From NCBI GenBank assembly GCA_947462725.1, contig CANHPZ010000001.1:3969-67968 (forward strand): 64,000 nt of DNA. The letters are read 5' to 3'. The notes below the pieces were generated by a model, which saw nothing but the letters and a program-made list of their open reading frames with translations, ran no database searches and was not told where the DNA came from. This DNA comes from Flavobacteriales bacterium. GTDB taxonomy: Bacteria > Bacteroidota > Bacteroidia > Flavobacteriales_D > Sanyastnellaceae. The first letter of the stretch is position 1, and each line of letters begins with the position of its first letter. Positions 50,872 through 61,400 of the stretch are shown here, in pieces. Position numbers and translations under genes: made by a program.

Positions 50872-50879
50872 TACATTTG
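50872..50879 (+). promoter_or_regulatory. -7 element TACATTTG for rpsP-rimM
   Basis: Exact TAnnTTTG match upstream of rpsP. Confidence 0.65.
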
Positions 50880-50935
50880 CCCCCCTAAAATTCAATCATT
50901 GTTAACTGGGTTTCGTACCCTACAAACAAAACAAC

Positions 50936-51505
50936 ATGGCAGTAAAACTCCGACTTCAACGTCACGGTAAGAAAGGAAGCCCTTTCTACCACATTGTAGC
51001 AGCTGACTCACGTTCACCACGTGATGGTAAGTTTATCGAGCGCATCGGTAGCTACAACCCAAACACCAACCCAGCCACCATTCAATTGGATAACACCAAG
51101 GCAATCCAGTGGCTCAACAATGGTGCTCAACCAACCGATACAGTTCGCGCTATGCTGAGCTATAACGGCGTTATGTTCCGTCAACACCTTCAAAAAGGTG
51201 TTACCAAAGGTGCCCTCACTCAGGATGAAGCAGACAAGCGCTTCGAGGCCTGGATGAATGAGAAAGGCAACAAAATTCAAGCGAAAAAAGACCGTTTGGC
51301 CAAAGACAAGAGTGACTCAGCCACCAAAGCTCTCAAGCATGAGCGCGAAGTGAACGAGGCTCGTCTGAAAGCCATGACTGCCGCTGCTGAAGCTGCAAGC
51401 GCTGCGGCTGCTGAAGTTCACGCTGAGGCTCCGGCCGCAGAAGAAGCTCCGGCTGCTGAAGAAGCTCCGGCCACTGAAGAGTCTACCGACACTGCAGAAG
51501 CATAA
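50936..51505 (+). CDS. rpsP: 30S ribosomal protein S16 (long Bacteroidota form)
   Basis: MAVKLRLQRHGKK..PFYHIVAADSRSPRDGKFIE.IGSYNP; acidic AEEAP-repeat tail. Confidence 0.97.
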   Translation: MAVKLRLQRHGKKGSPFYHIVAADSRSPRDGKFIERIGSYNPNTNPATIQLDNTKAIQWLNNGAQPTDTVRAMLSYNGVMFRQHLQKGVTKGALTQDEADKRFEAWMNEKGNKIQAKKDRLAKDKSDSATKALKHEREVNEARLKAMTAAAEAASAAAAEVHAEAPAAEEAPAAEEAPATEESTDTAEA

Positions 51506-51522
51506 GGCAACCGCATAATCAT

Positions 51523-51552
51523 AAAGCCACTCCCCGGAGTGGCTTTTTTTTT
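51523..51552 (+). terminator. Intrinsic terminator/attenuator between rpsP and rimM
   Basis: AAAGCCACTCC-CC-GGAGTGGCTTT followed by a T tract. Confidence 0.85.
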
Positions 51553-51561
51553 CCTTACTCG

Positions 51562-52104
51562 ATGAATCTAATTCCAGATAAAAAAGACCTGCACAAAATC
51601 GGTTATTTCTCAAAACTGCATGGCTTCAAGGGCGAGCTAACAGCCGCTCTCGACACGGATGATATCCACGACTATGAAAGCTTGGAAGCCATTTACCTGG
51701 AGGTAAATGGTCAGATCATTCCTTATTTCATCTCATTAATTGAATACAAAACGAACACATCAGCCAAGGTAAAACTGGAGGGAATCGACGACGAAGCACA
51801 GGCCAAAGCGCTTGTAAAAAGCTCGATTTACATCAACAAAAGCGACATGAGCTCAAGCGATAGTGAGAAAGCTTCTCTGCGTGTCATTGAAGGATTTACT
51901 GTTATCGACAGCGAACATGGCAACATTGGTATAGTTGACCGCATCGAGGAACTCAGCAACAATCCGCTATTGGTTGTTATGTATGGCAAGATAGAAATTC
52001 TGCTGCCCCTCAACAGCAACTTCATCGACTCCACGGATGAGGAGCTTAAGGTGGTTCATATCACCGCACCCGGAGGACTGATTGATTTCTACTTAAACAG
52101 TTAG
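51562..52104 (+). CDS. rimM: Ribosome maturation factor RimM
   Basis: [17 protein letters not shown] barrel (IG.V..IE...NPLL, EILLP, P.GLID); follows rpsP. Confidence 0.92.
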   Translation: MNLIPDKKDLHKIGYFSKLHGFKGELTAALDTDDIHDYESLEAIYLEVNGQIIPYFISLIEYKTNTSAKVKLEGIDDEAQAKALVKSSIYINKSDMSSSDSEKASLRVIEGFTVIDSEHGNIGIVDRIEELSNNPLLVVMYGKIEILLPLNSNFIDSTDEELKVVHITAPGGLIDFYLNS

Positions 52105-52261
52105 ATTTTTTTGGCATAGAAAATTGGAACTGCAGGGCAGGTATTGGATACAAGCCCAGCCTTGTTCTGCTATTTCTCAGCATAAAGAATATGCCATTGG
52201 GGTATTTTCAATCGCATGTAAAATCACTAATTTCGCGCACGCACAAAAACACAAGAATAAG

Positions 52262-54535
52262 ATGAGCAAAGTATTCGATTTGGATATGATCAAGGCCGTT
52301 TACAGCCGCTTCCCACAACGCATTGAAGCTGCACGCAACGTAACTGGCAAACCCCTCACCCTCACCGAAAAAATACTTTATGCCCACCTGTGGGATGGCA
52401 ATGCAACTGAGGCATACGGCCGTGGTGGAAGCTATGTAGACTTTGCTCCCGATCGTGTGGCTATGCAAGATGCTACAGCACAAATGGCTCTGCTGCAATT
52501 CATGCAGGCAGGTCGTAAAAAAGTTGCAGTTCCAAGCACTGTGCATTGCGACCACCTCATTCAAGCGCGCGTCGGTTCAACACAAGACTTGACTGATGCT
52601 CTATCGAAAAACAACGAAGTCTTCAACTTCCTTTCTTCTATATCGAATAAATATGGCATTGGCTTTTGGAAGCCGGGCGCGGGTATCATTCACCAAGTGG
52701 TACTTGAAAATTATGCATTTCCCGGTGGTATGATGATCGGTACTGATTCGCATACCGTTAACGCCGGTGGTTTGGGTATGGTAGCTATTGGAGTTGGTGG
52801 TGCCGATGCCATGGACGTGATGGCCGGTATGGCTTGGGAGCTCAAGTTCCCGAAGCTAATCGGTATTAAGCTCACCGGCAAGCTCAATGGCTGGTGCAGC
52901 GCAAAAGATGTGATTTTGAAAGTGGCCGGTATTCTCACTGTAAAAGGTGGTACAGGCTGCATCGTAGAATATTTTGGTGAAGGCGCTAAGTCGCTTTCAT
53001 GCACAGGTAAAGGCACTATCTGCAACATGGGCGCTGAAATCGGCGCAACAACCTCCACGTTTGGATACGACGAAAGCATGGAGCGCTACTTGCGCTCTAC
53101 CGGTCGCAGTGAAGTTGCTGATTTGGCCAACACTATCAAAGCTCACCTCACAGGCGATGATGAAGTATATGCCAACCCAGAGCACTATTTCGACCAAGTC
53201 ATTGAAATCAATTTGAGTGAGCTAGAGCCGCATTTGAACGGCCCATTCACTCCGGATTTGGCTACTCCTATTTCGAAAATGAAAGAAGAGGCAGCGAAAA
53301 ATAACTGGCCAACGAAAGTTGAAGTGGGCTTGATTGGATCATGCACCAACTCTTCTTACGAAGACATCGCTCGCTCGGCTTCTCTTGCTAAGCAAGTGAT
53401 TGCGAAAAATCTGAAGCCTAAAGCCGAATTCAGCATTACCCCAGGCAGCGAGGTTGTTCGCTACACCATCGAACGCGACGGTTTCATTGACACCTTCAAT
53501 CAGATGGGAGCTACCGTGTATGCCAACGCTTGCGGACCATGCATCGGTATGTGGGCACGCGTGGGTGCTGAGAAAAAAGAGAAGAACACCATCGTTCACT
53601 CCTTCAACCGTAACTTCCAGAGCCGCAACGACGGTAACCCGAATACCTTGGCTTTCGTGGCTTCACCTGAACTGACAACAGCATTGGCCATTGCCGGCGA
53701 CCTCACCTTCAACCCGATCACCGATACACTGGTGAACGAAAAAGGCGAGCAGGTGAAACTCGACCCTCCAACAGGTGATGAATTGCCTACCCGAGGATTT
53801 GACGCCAAGGACCCCGGATACCAAGCTCCGGCAGAAGATGGCAGCGGCGTTGAAATTAGCGTTGCTCTAGATAGCGAGCGTCTGCAATTACTTGCTCCTT
53901 TCAGCGATTGGGATGGACAGAACATCACTGGCGCGCGTGTTCTTATCAAAGCCAAAGGCAAGTGCACCACCGACCACATTTCGATGGCAGGTCAATGGTT
54001 GCGTTTCCGTGGTCACCTCGACAACATTGCGAACAATACACTTATCGGTGCAACTAACTTCTTCAACGGCGCTCAAAACAACGTGAAGAATCAACTCACC
54101 GGAGAATATGATGAAGTTCCTAAAGTGCAGCGCGCATACAAAGCTGCCGGTGTTCCAACTATTGTTGTAGGAGACCAGAACTATGGTGAAGGTTCATCAC
54201 GCGAACATGCCGCTATGCAGCCACGCCACCTCGGTGTGCGCGCTATTTTGGTAAAATCTTTTGCGCGTATTCACGAAACCAACTTGAAGAAGCAAGGCAT
54301 GCTGGCACTCACATTTGCCAACGACGCCGACTACGACAAGATTCAAGAAAACGACATCATCAATTTCTCTGATCTCACTTCTTTTGCTCCTGAGAAGCCA
54401 TTGCATTTGGAATTGGTGCATGAAGATGGCAGCAAAGAAACCATCGCTGTGAACCATACATACAATGCACAGCAAATTGAATGGTTCAAAGCCGGAGGCG
54501 CATTGAACTTGATTCGTAAGGGATTGTCGAATTAA
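52262..54535 (+). CDS. Aconitate hydratase (mitochondrial-type, Bacteroidota)
   Basis: [57 protein letters not shown]. Start set at MSKVFDL. Confidence 0.95.
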   Translation: MSKVFDLDMIKAVYSRFPQRIEAARNVTGKPLTLTEKILYAHLWDGNATEAYGRGGSYVDFAPDRVAMQDATAQMALLQFMQAGRKKVAVPSTVHCDHLIQARVGSTQDLTDALSKNNEVFNFLSSISNKYGIGFWKPGAGIIHQVVLENYAFPGGMMIGTDSHTVNAGGLGMVAIGVGGADAMDVMAGMAWELKFPKLIGIKLTGKLNGWCSAKDVILKVAGILTVKGGTGCIVEYFGEGAKSLSCTGKGTICNMGAEIGATTSTFGYDESMERYLRSTGRSEVADLANTIKAHLTGDDEVYANPEHYFDQVIEINLSELEPHLNGPFTPDLATPISKMKEEAAKNNWPTKVEVGLIGSCTNSSYEDIARSASLAKQVIAKNLKPKAEFSITPGSEVVRYTIERDGFIDTFNQMGATVYANACGPCIGMWARVGAEKKEKNTIVHSFNRNFQSRNDGNPNTLAFVASPELTTALAIAGDLTFNPITDTLVNEKGEQVKLDPPTGDELPTRGFDAKDPGYQAPAEDGSGVEISVALDSERLQLLAPFSDWDGQNITGARVLIKAKGKCTTDHISMAGQWLRFRGHLDNIANNTLIGATNFFNGAQNNVKNQLTGEYDEVPKVQRAYKAAGVPTIVVGDQNYGEGSSREHAAMQPRHLGVRAILVKSFARIHETNLKKQGMLALTFANDADYDKIQENDIINFSDLTSFAPEKPLHLELVHEDGSKETIAVNHTYNAQQIEWFKAGGALNLIRKGLSN

Positions 54536-54546
54536 AGAAAAGAACT

Positions 54547-54960
54547 ATGAAAAGCATTGCAATTGCAGCTTTGCTCGCATGCATCGCACATGCATCATTC
54601 GCGACTGATTCAACTCGTTACGCATTTCCATGCACAAAAGCTGTGTACCAATCGGACAGCGATAGCGTGTATGTAAACCGCGCAGCGGAAGTCATTCGAT
54701 TCGATAATCGATTGTATCAGATGGGCATTCAGGTTGGTACTTTCGACAAGAAAACCTCCATCATTAAAGGAAAAGTCACTACCCGCATACAGATTTATGA
54801 CATGAAGGGCAAGACGGTTGCTGATTGCGTTACTCAAGGCATCAATGCATCGTATGCAGTAACACTTTATCCTTCACAAGAAAAGTTCTCTGTAAGCCCG
54901 GCATTCGATCATGAGGTCGAAGAGATTGCAGGGAAACTGCGCGTAATGGAAAAACTATAG
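54547..54960 (+). CDS. Hypothetical secreted protein
   Basis: Signal peptide MKSIAIAALLACIAHASFA; 137 aa. Confidence 0.65.
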   Translation: MKSIAIAALLACIAHASFATDSTRYAFPCTKAVYQSDSDSVYVNRAAEVIRFDNRLYQMGIQVGTFDKKTSIIKGKVTTRIQIYDMKGKTVADCVTQGINASYAVTLYPSQEKFSVSPAFDHEVEEIAGKLRVMEKL

Positions 54961-54964
54961 GAAT

Positions 54965-55498
54965 TTAGAACGCATCGAATAGGATCATTCGATATACCTG
55001 ATGGGCGTCTTTCCTGAAGGGCCTTTTACCTTCAAACCTCTTCCCGCCCACTTCTATGATGGGTGATTCGTCGAGCATCCAAAGTTTAAAATCAATATCA
55101 GAAACTGTAAACGAGTATCTGTGGTGATATTTCTTCTTACCAAATCCCTCTGCGTAAAACTTGGTAATGGAGGATACTTCAATTCTTTTTTCTTTCAATA
55201 GAATACTCAGTTGCTCAGGCCTGAATGAAGGATCGGGAGTGTAGACCGAAAAATTGCAGACCACATTGTTGCGCTGATTTTTCACTTTCAAATACGTGTG
55301 ATCGATTTCGAAACGCTCACCCCTTTGAAGACTGTGGTAGCGTATGGGTCCTGCATGACAAAGCAACGAGTCTTTGCCCTTAACAAACACCTGAACCAAA
55401 CCGCCGCCGCCGCCGGATGCTGGTCTCACCCCTTTGCACCCAACAATCAACGCGACGACCAGGAGCCCGACAACATATTTACAGACGAATTTTTTCAT
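54965..55498 (-). CDS. Hypothetical lipoprotein
   Basis: MKKFVCKYVVGLLVVALIVGC lipobox; start reassigned to 55498. Confidence 0.65.
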   Translation of the reverse strand: MKKFVCKYVVGLLVVALIVGCKGVRPASGGGGGLVQVFVKGKDSLLCHAGPIRYHSLQRGERFEIDHTYLKVKNQRNNVVCNFSVYTPDPSFRPEQLSILLKEKRIEVSSITKFYAEGFGKKKYHHRYSFTVSDIDFKLWMLDESPIIEVGGKRFEGKRPFRKDAHQVYRMILFDAF

Positions 55499-55988
55499 CG
55501 ATATATGATTGTTTGCGGTTGAGAATATCTTCCAAAAACGCCCGGTCCTTGCTCGCCACATCATAGATCACCAGCAAGCCGCTGCGTGTTTCCATGTAAG
55601 TAAAGCGTGCGATATAAAAATCCGCCTTCTTCAGCAAATAAGCATTCACCTTAACGTCATGTATGATTGCACTCGCCACCGACTTCACATCGATGCGCCG
55701 GTCTGCTGCTTGCGCAACACCGAAATCACTCTGAAGTAAACTCTCGCTTACGGAGATGAATACTTGGTACTGTTGCTCAGTATTGCTGATAACCCGATTT
55801 AAAAACACAGCATCAGATTCTATCGCGCAACAGTTTTCAAATTTCAGTACTTCGTTGCCACCCACCGGATAATGATTCGTTTCACCGGGCGCCAATTTCA
55901 TTCGACCGTATTTAGCATACACCACCTTCGATGTTTTGCAACCAAGCAACAGCGCCGAGGCCATAAATAAGAAAATCAGATTACGCAT
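55479..55988 (-). CDS. Hypothetical lipoprotein
   Basis: MRNLIFLFMASALLLGC lipobox. Confidence 0.7.
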   Translation of the reverse strand: MRNLIFLFMASALLLGCKTSKVVYAKYGRMKLAPGETNHYPVGGNEVLKFENCCAIESDAVFLNRVISNTEQQYQVFISVSESLLQSDFGVAQAADRRIDVKSVASAIIHDVKVNAYLLKKADFYIARFTYMETRSGLLVIYDVASKDRAFLEDILNRKQSYIDEKIRL

Positions 55989-55999
55989 AAGTGGCAGGT

Positions 56000-56032
56000 A
56001 AAAAGAAAAGGAGCAGCGAACTGCTCCTTTTC
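56000..56032 (-). terminator. Intrinsic terminator after the TRL-like gene
   Basis: GAAAAGGAGCAG-TTCG-CTGCTCCTTTTC followed by TTTTT on the minus strand. Confidence 0.85.
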
Positions 56033-56049
56033 CAATGAATTCAATTCAA

Positions 56050-56331
56050 TTATTCACCAGTAACAGTAGTCTCGTGAGTGATGATCAAACCGAGTACATT
56101 TTTGTTGGTGTAATCTACTGTAGAGATTTTGCTGATACCACCATTTTTAGCAGCAGTTTGGATTGAAGCATCAACGCCGAAGCAAAGAACACCCAAGAAA
56201 CAGTTACCGCTAGATTTACCCACTTTAGAACCTACCGGGTTAGAAGTAGCGTTAACAGGAAGTGTAATAGAACATGAAGCCAACATAGCAGCAGCGCAGC
56301 CGGCAGCAAAGATTTTTGTAATAGTTGTCAT
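56050..56331 (-). CDS. TRL-like family small lipoprotein
   Basis: Lipobox LASC; K.G.S...LG.....DASI..AAKNGGI.KISTVD...T.VTGE pattern. Confidence 0.78.
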   Translation of the reverse strand: MTTITKIFAAGCAAAMLASCSITLPVNATSNPVGSKVGKSSGNCFLGVLCFGVDASIQTAAKNGGISKISTVDYTNKNVLGLIITHETTVTGE

Positions 56332-56438
56332 TGTGATTTGATTTTAATTGCGAGCCAAAAGTAGCCGTATTTCTTAAAGTACAGCACAAGAGCCAAAATT
56401 CGTTTCAGAAGGGCTCATTTGGTGGTTATTTTCGCAGC

Positions 56439-57875
56439 ATGACAGCATCTAAACAACGTACGTTAAAAGCGCCTGTTACCCTCAGTGGGGTTGGCTTACA
56501 TACCGGCGCTGTGGTCAATGTTCACATTCTGCCCGCACCCGAAAATCACGGTTATGTTTTTCAGCGCATCGATCTGGATGGACAACCGACCATTCCCGCT
56601 GATTGCGACTTGGTCGTTAGCACCCAGCGAGGCACTACACTCGAGTTCAAAGGCGCCCGCGTTTATACCACGGAGCACATCCTAGCCGCGATTTATGGCT
56701 GTATGATAGACAACGCGCTCATTCAAATCGACGGCCCAGAAGTACCTATTATGGATGGAAGTGCCAAGCTGTTTGTTGATGCCATCGAAAGCGTTGGATA
56801 CCAAGAACAGCAAGCAGAACGAAAATATCTCGTGCTTACCGAAAACCTCACCTATGAGGATAAAGACAAGAAAGTGGAAATGCTTGCCGTGCCCACCGAT
56901 GGCGGAGAATTTCGTTTGACGGTAATGGTCGACTACAATTCGCCTGTATTGGGAACGCAGCATGCACACATGTACGAGCTTAGTCACTTCACATCGCAAA
57001 TCGCTCCGTGCCGCACGTTTGTGTTTTTGAATGAACTTGCGTTGCTCGCCAAAAATGGGCTCATAAAAGGCGGTAGCTTGGACAATGCGATTGTTATGGT
57101 TGAACGCGCATATGCCGATAGCGAAATCAAAGACATTCTCACGCAACTCGGCCGCGAAGACATTGATGTAAAAGTCGAAAGCATTGGAGTGTTGAACACC
57201 ATCAAACTCCAATTCGAAAACGAACCTGCCCGTCACAAGTTGCTCGATATAATTGGTGACTTGGCCCTCGTCGGACGATTCATCCGAGGACATATTCTCG
57301 CAGCGCGCCCCGGACACTTTGGCAATGTTGAATTTGCAAAAATCCTGAAGGGCATTGCTAAAAAACAAAAGGATGCTGCACCACAATTCGACATCTTCAA
57401 GAAACCTCTTTACGATATCAACGACATCACCAAGATGTTGCCGCATCGCTATCCTTTCCTACTCATCGATAAGATTTTGGAAATGGATAGCACCAGTATT
57501 GTCGGCATTAAGAATGTCACGATGAATGAGCCTTTCTTCCAAGGCCACTTTCCAAATAACCCGGTAATGCCAGGAGTTTTACAGGTGGAAGCTATGGCGC
57601 AGGTAGGTGGGATTTTCGCACTATCACAAGTCACTGACCCGGAAAACTACAGCACCTACTTCATGAAAATAGATGGTGTAAAATTCAAACTCAAAGTTCT
57701 TCCCGGCGATACCATCATTTTCAAGCTGACATTAGAAAGCCCTATTCGCCGTGGCCTGGTGAATATGCGCGGTGTCGCTTATGTAAATGGAAAAGAAGCT
57801 TGTGAAGCAACTATGCTCGCGCAAGTTATTCGTGATCGCGTGCCCAAAGAAGTTACCCAAGAAACAATCGCATGA
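56439..57875 (+). CDS. lpxC: Bifunctional UDP-3-O-acyl-GlcNAc deacetylase / 3-hydroxyacyl-ACP dehydratase (LpxC-FabZ)
   Basis: [33 protein letters not shown] (LpxC); [29 protein letters not shown] (FabZ). Confidence 0.96.
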   Translation: MTASKQRTLKAPVTLSGVGLHTGAVVNVHILPAPENHGYVFQRIDLDGQPTIPADCDLVVSTQRGTTLEFKGARVYTTEHILAAIYGCMIDNALIQIDGPEVPIMDGSAKLFVDAIESVGYQEQQAERKYLVLTENLTYEDKDKKVEMLAVPTDGGEFRLTVMVDYNSPVLGTQHAHMYELSHFTSQIAPCRTFVFLNELALLAKNGLIKGGSLDNAIVMVERAYADSEIKDILTQLGREDIDVKVESIGVLNTIKLQFENEPARHKLLDIIGDLALVGRFIRGHILAARPGHFGNVEFAKILKGIAKKQKDAAPQFDIFKKPLYDINDITKMLPHRYPFLLIDKILEMDSTSIVGIKNVTMNEPFFQGHFPNNPVMPGVLQVEAMAQVGGIFALSQVTDPENYSTYFMKIDGVKFKLKVLPGDTIIFKLTLESPIRRGLVNMRGVAYVNGKEACEATMLAQVIRDRVPKEVTQETIA

Positions 57876-58651
57876 GTGCACTCGCTTACATACACCCCGA
57901 TGCCCGCATCGGACAAAACGTTGAAATAGGGCCATTCACCAGTATCGCTGCAGATGTAGTAATTGGCGACGGCACCTGGATTGGCCCAAACGTTACCATC
58001 ATGGATGGCGCACGCATTGGAAAGAATTGCCGGATTTTTCCGGGCGCAGTTATTTCCGCTATTCCGCAAGACCTCAAATTCGACGGAGAAAAAACCACCG
58101 CTGAAATTGGCGACAACACCACTATTCGTGAGTGCTGCACCATAAACCGCGGCACCAAAGACAAATTCAAAACGGCAGTGGGTAGCGATTGTTTGCTCAT
58201 GGCTTATGTGCACATAGCACATGATGCTATCGTAGGCAATCATTGCGTTATAGCGAATAGCGCCAATATCGCAGGTCATGTCGATATAGAAGATTGGGTA
58301 ATAATCGAAGGTGTAGTGGCAATACAGCAATTTGTGCGTGTTGGTCAACATTCCTTTATCGCCGGCGGAAGCCTGGTGCGCAAAAATGTGCCACCCTTTG
58401 TGAAGGCCGCGCGCGAGCCGCTTAGCTATGCCGGAGTCAATACAGTTGGTTTGCGCCGCAGAGGTTTCGACAATGAAGTTATCGCACACATTGAGGATGT
58501 GTATCGCATGATATATGTGCACAATAGTAACATGAGCCGAGCTATGCATGCTGCAGAACTCGAACTCCCCAACACCGAGCACAAGCAAACCATTCTCGAC
58601 TTCATACGCAACAGCGACAAGGGTATCATTCGTGGTCCGCAAGGATTGTAA
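57872..58651 (+). CDS. lpxA: UDP-N-acetylglucosamine acyltransferase
   Basis: Hexapeptide repeats; PQDLKF, IRE..TINRGT, HIAHD, GVNTVGLRRRGF. Confidence 0.96.
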   Translation: MSALAYIHPDARIGQNVEIGPFTSIAADVVIGDGTWIGPNVTIMDGARIGKNCRIFPGAVISAIPQDLKFDGEKTTAEIGDNTTIRECCTINRGTKDKFKTAVGSDCLLMAYVHIAHDAIVGNHCVIANSANIAGHVDIEDWVIIEGVVAIQQFVRVGQHSFIAGGSLVRKNVPPFVKAAREPLSYAGVNTVGLRRRGFDNEVIAHIEDVYRMIYVHNSNMSRAMHAAELELPNTEHKQTILDFIRNSDKGIIRGPQGL

Positions 58652-58653
58652 AC

Positions 58654-59277
58654 ATGCATGTAGCCCTTCACCATATTGGCAAGCGATACCAGAAAGAATG
58701 GATTTTTCGCGCTATTGATGGCCAATGGAACGAAGACAGTTGCACATCCATTATTGGCGGCAATGGATCAGGCAAGTCAACACTTACACAAATCATCAGC
58801 GGATTTCTTTCGAGTAGTGAGGGGGAATTGCGCTGGAGCATAAACGACAAGCCCATCCCGCGTGACAAGGTGTATGAACACGTTTCCTTATGCACACCTG
58901 TAGTGCAGCTTTGGGACGATTTTACACTGCGCGAAAACATAGAATTCTTTCTTCGGTTTAAATCATTGCGCAACGACTTCAGTGCTGCTGATTTCATGCA
59001 AATCATAGAATTGGAAAAACAAGAACACCGCGCACTTAAGAATTTTTCTAGTGGTATGCGGCAGCGTGTTAAACTGGGGATGGCCATCCTCGCTAATACA
59101 TCGCTTCTCATATTGGATGAGCCATGTTCGCACCTCGACGAGCGCGCAGTGCAATGGTTTCAGCAATTGCTCAAGTTGCACTCAGCAGGGCGCACCATTT
59201 TCGTTGCATCCAACAAAGATGAAAGGGAAACATTTCTGTGTGAGAGCAGTCTTGATGTTGCTGCGTGGAAGCCCTAG
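58654..59277 (+). CDS. ABC transporter ATP-binding protein (no adjacent permease)
   Basis: GGNGSGKST Walker A, FSSGMRQR signature, LLILDEP Walker B. Confidence 0.88.
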   Translation: MHVALHHIGKRYQKEWIFRAIDGQWNEDSCTSIIGGNGSGKSTLTQIISGFLSSSEGELRWSINDKPIPRDKVYEHVSLCTPVVQLWDDFTLRENIEFFLRFKSLRNDFSAADFMQIIELEKQEHRALKNFSSGMRQRVKLGMAILANTSLLILDEPCSHLDERAVQWFQQLLKLHSAGRTIFVASNKDERETFLCESSLDVAAWKP

Positions 59278-60761
59278 GCTTGATGCCCCGGTCGAAGCAA
59301 ATCGTTCACGGTCTTCACCGGATTGAATGTGGATATTGGCACTTCAACAAAAACAGTATTCCACAAGGCCATTGCACCATTCCACAAGCCCGGCCATTCA
59401 AGCGCTTTGATTACTTGACCTTGTGCAAACTTTTCACTCACGAATCCTGCTGTATAATCAATGAAATCCTCGAGGTGATAATTCTCGCCGTGACGATTCT
59501 TGATGGAGCAAACCAAATCAACCGGATTGAAATGAGTGGCTGAGGCCAATATCTTAACCTGATCGGCATCCGACAAATCCACCTGACTCTTCTCTACAAT
59601 TTGCTTGCTCAGATAACCACCCTCCATTTTCACCCAAAAAGGTCCACCACCGGGTTCACCCGCATTGCGCACCATTCCGCACACACGCAATGGACGGTCG
59701 AGGCGCAGAATGGCATATTGACGCAGCTGATTCATGCTCATTCCTAATGGCTGATCAGGCTCGAACCACGTTTTAATTAACTCCATGGCATCGCTCAGAG
59801 CCGACTGGTTGCCGGCTTCAATTCCCTCAAGCAACACATTTATTTTTTGGCGCAATTCAAGTAGCACACCGGCCAGCACCTGCTTATAGAATATGGTTTG
59901 ATCGAGCTGATTCTGTGTCGTTACGTTGTCGATATTCTTGATAAAAATGACATCGGCATCCAGATGCTGCAAATTTCCGATGAGCGCTCCGTGACCGCTG
60001 GGACGAAAAACCAAGCGACCCTCTGCGTCGCGAAATGGCTCATCGTCTTTGGTGAGCGCCAACGTATCAGTGCTTATCGCTTGAGTACTGTACGCTATTT
60101 CAAATTTATCATAATCCAATTCCTTCAACTTGTTATCGAAGTAGGATGATACGCGATCTATATGTTGCGGGGCAAGTGTAAAATGGAGTCTGCAACGGCC
60201 ATCACCTTGCTTTGCGTATCCGATTGACTCATACAAGTGCTCATCGAACGCCGTGCGAATTTGCTCGTTGTATTGATGGAAGACCACGAGTCCCTTCAGC
60301 TGATCATCATAATTCAAACCATACGGTTGAAGCATGAATTCAAAAATCGCGTGCCAATCGTTCGCTTGCTGCAATTGCTCGAGATCCAATCCTTGTGCTG
60401 ACATTTGATCACGCACAATAGACCAAAAAGGGAAACGGCGAAAATTGAGAATAAACTCTTGGGTGAGCTCGTTGCTTTTTTCAGAATCGAAATTGTAGAG
60501 ATGCTTAAACATGCGACTTGCCGCGCCTGATGCCGGTACAAACTTGAGCAACTTCTTGTGCTCACGCTCTTTCTCATATACTCTTTGGTATGCCAGACAA
60601 TCATCCTCGCTTAAGGCCAATATCCCATCGCCAACCGTGCATGCTCTATCCAGCCGTGCCGGCTGAGTGTCTTTGGTAAACTGATGAATTTGCTGCAAAG
60701 CTCCGCTAACGTTCAGGCCGCGCTCCTGCAATTGCATCTCATCTTTCTCATCAAAAAACAT
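59274..60761 (-). CDS. DUF4301 family protein
   Basis: KFVPASGAASRMFK, FRPSGHGALI.NL, FIKNIDNV, GEPGGGPFW, THFNPVDLVC, LEWPGLWNGAM, TFNPVKTVNDLLRP. Confidence 0.88.
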   Translation of the reverse strand: MFFDEKDEMQLQERGLNVSGALQQIHQFTKDTQPARLDRACTVGDGILALSEDDCLAYQRVYEKEREHKKLLKFVPASGAASRMFKHLYNFDSEKSNELTQEFILNFRRFPFWSIVRDQMSAQGLDLEQLQQANDWHAIFEFMLQPYGLNYDDQLKGLVVFHQYNEQIRTAFDEHLYESIGYAKQGDGRCRLHFTLAPQHIDRVSSYFDNKLKELDYDKFEIAYSTQAISTDTLALTKDDEPFRDAEGRLVFRPSGHGALIGNLQHLDADVIFIKNIDNVTTQNQLDQTIFYKQVLAGVLLELRQKINVLLEGIEAGNQSALSDAMELIKTWFEPDQPLGMSMNQLRQYAILRLDRPLRVCGMVRNAGEPGGGPFWVKMEGGYLSKQIVEKSQVDLSDADQVKILASATHFNPVDLVCSIKNRHGENYHLEDFIDYTAGFVSEKFAQGQVIKALEWPGLWNGAMALWNTVFVEVPISTFNPVKTVNDLLRPGHQA

Positions 60762-60899
60762 AGTGAAACTGATTTGCTGCGAAGATAACCGCTGAAATGT
60801 CGCTACCCGATTGTGTAGAAAAAAGAAAACCGCCGGGATCCCATTTTGCAATGATCACCCAAGCGGCCCTCCACCCTATTTCGGTTGAATATCTTAGTG

Positions 60900-61295
60900 C
60901 TATGCTGCCGGTCGCTCCATGGCTAGAAGCAGTTGGTCATAGACAATTTGACAATTATTTTTTACTCGTTTCACCAACATTGGCAAACCATCGAGATTGC
61001 GCAAGTATTTACTATCCTGCTCTATCTGAACAATATCGGCCTCCATTTCCTTGATGCCCAACATAGCTACAGAACTCTTGGCTTTGTGGGCTAGCGGATG
61101 AAGCGAAAGCGGCTCATTCTTTCTAACACATTCTTCCATTTCATTCACGTACTTGGGTACTTGCTGAAGGAACAACACTATAATATTGTTGATCATTTCT
61201 CTGTTACCTTGAAACACTTGATTCAAGTAAGAGAGGTCGTAACGGGCTGCAGAATTCATTTCCATTTTTTCTCTGTTAGGTTGGTCCTTGTACAA
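60900..61295 (-). CDS. Stand-alone Hpt (histidine phosphotransfer) domain protein
   Basis: YDLSYL...G...I..F, LAHKAKSS..MLG Hpt motif. Confidence 0.85.
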   Translation of the reverse strand: MYKDQPNREKMEMNSAARYDLSYLNQVFQGNREMINNIIVLFLQQVPKYVNEMEECVRKNEPLSLHPLAHKAKSSVAMLGIKEMEADIVQIEQDSKYLRNLDGLPMLVKRVKNNCQIVYDQLLLAMERPAA

Positions 61296-61400
61296 CCATA
61301 CTCCTTGAAAAGTTACAGGTGATGTAAATATTTTTTTAAAATCCCAATAAAATCAATGGAAAGAACATCAAAATAAATTCTGCGTTTTATCTTGCGCACC

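Noticed and set aside
51424..51480. Tandem GAAGAAGCTCCGGC-type repeats
   Set aside because: They encode the ordinary acidic AEEAP tail of Bacteroidota S16; not a CRISPR array or mobile repeat.
52105..52200. Possible structured RNA/tRNA or sigma-54 promoter between rimM and aconitase
   Set aside because: No cloverleaf or T-loop is evident, pairing is patchy, and TGGCAT...TTGG is mis-spaced by one base for a -24/-12 site.
56439..57875. LpxC-FabZ fusion (and likewise the fused E1 alpha/beta at 28120-30135)
   Set aside because: Both fusions are well known in Bacteroidota.
56682..58642. Long antisense ORFs (254 aa and 287 aa) opposite lpxC/fabZ and lpxA
   Set aside because: They are shadow ORFs of conserved genes with no recognisable motifs. 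The same applies to the many shorter overlapping ORFs in the track.
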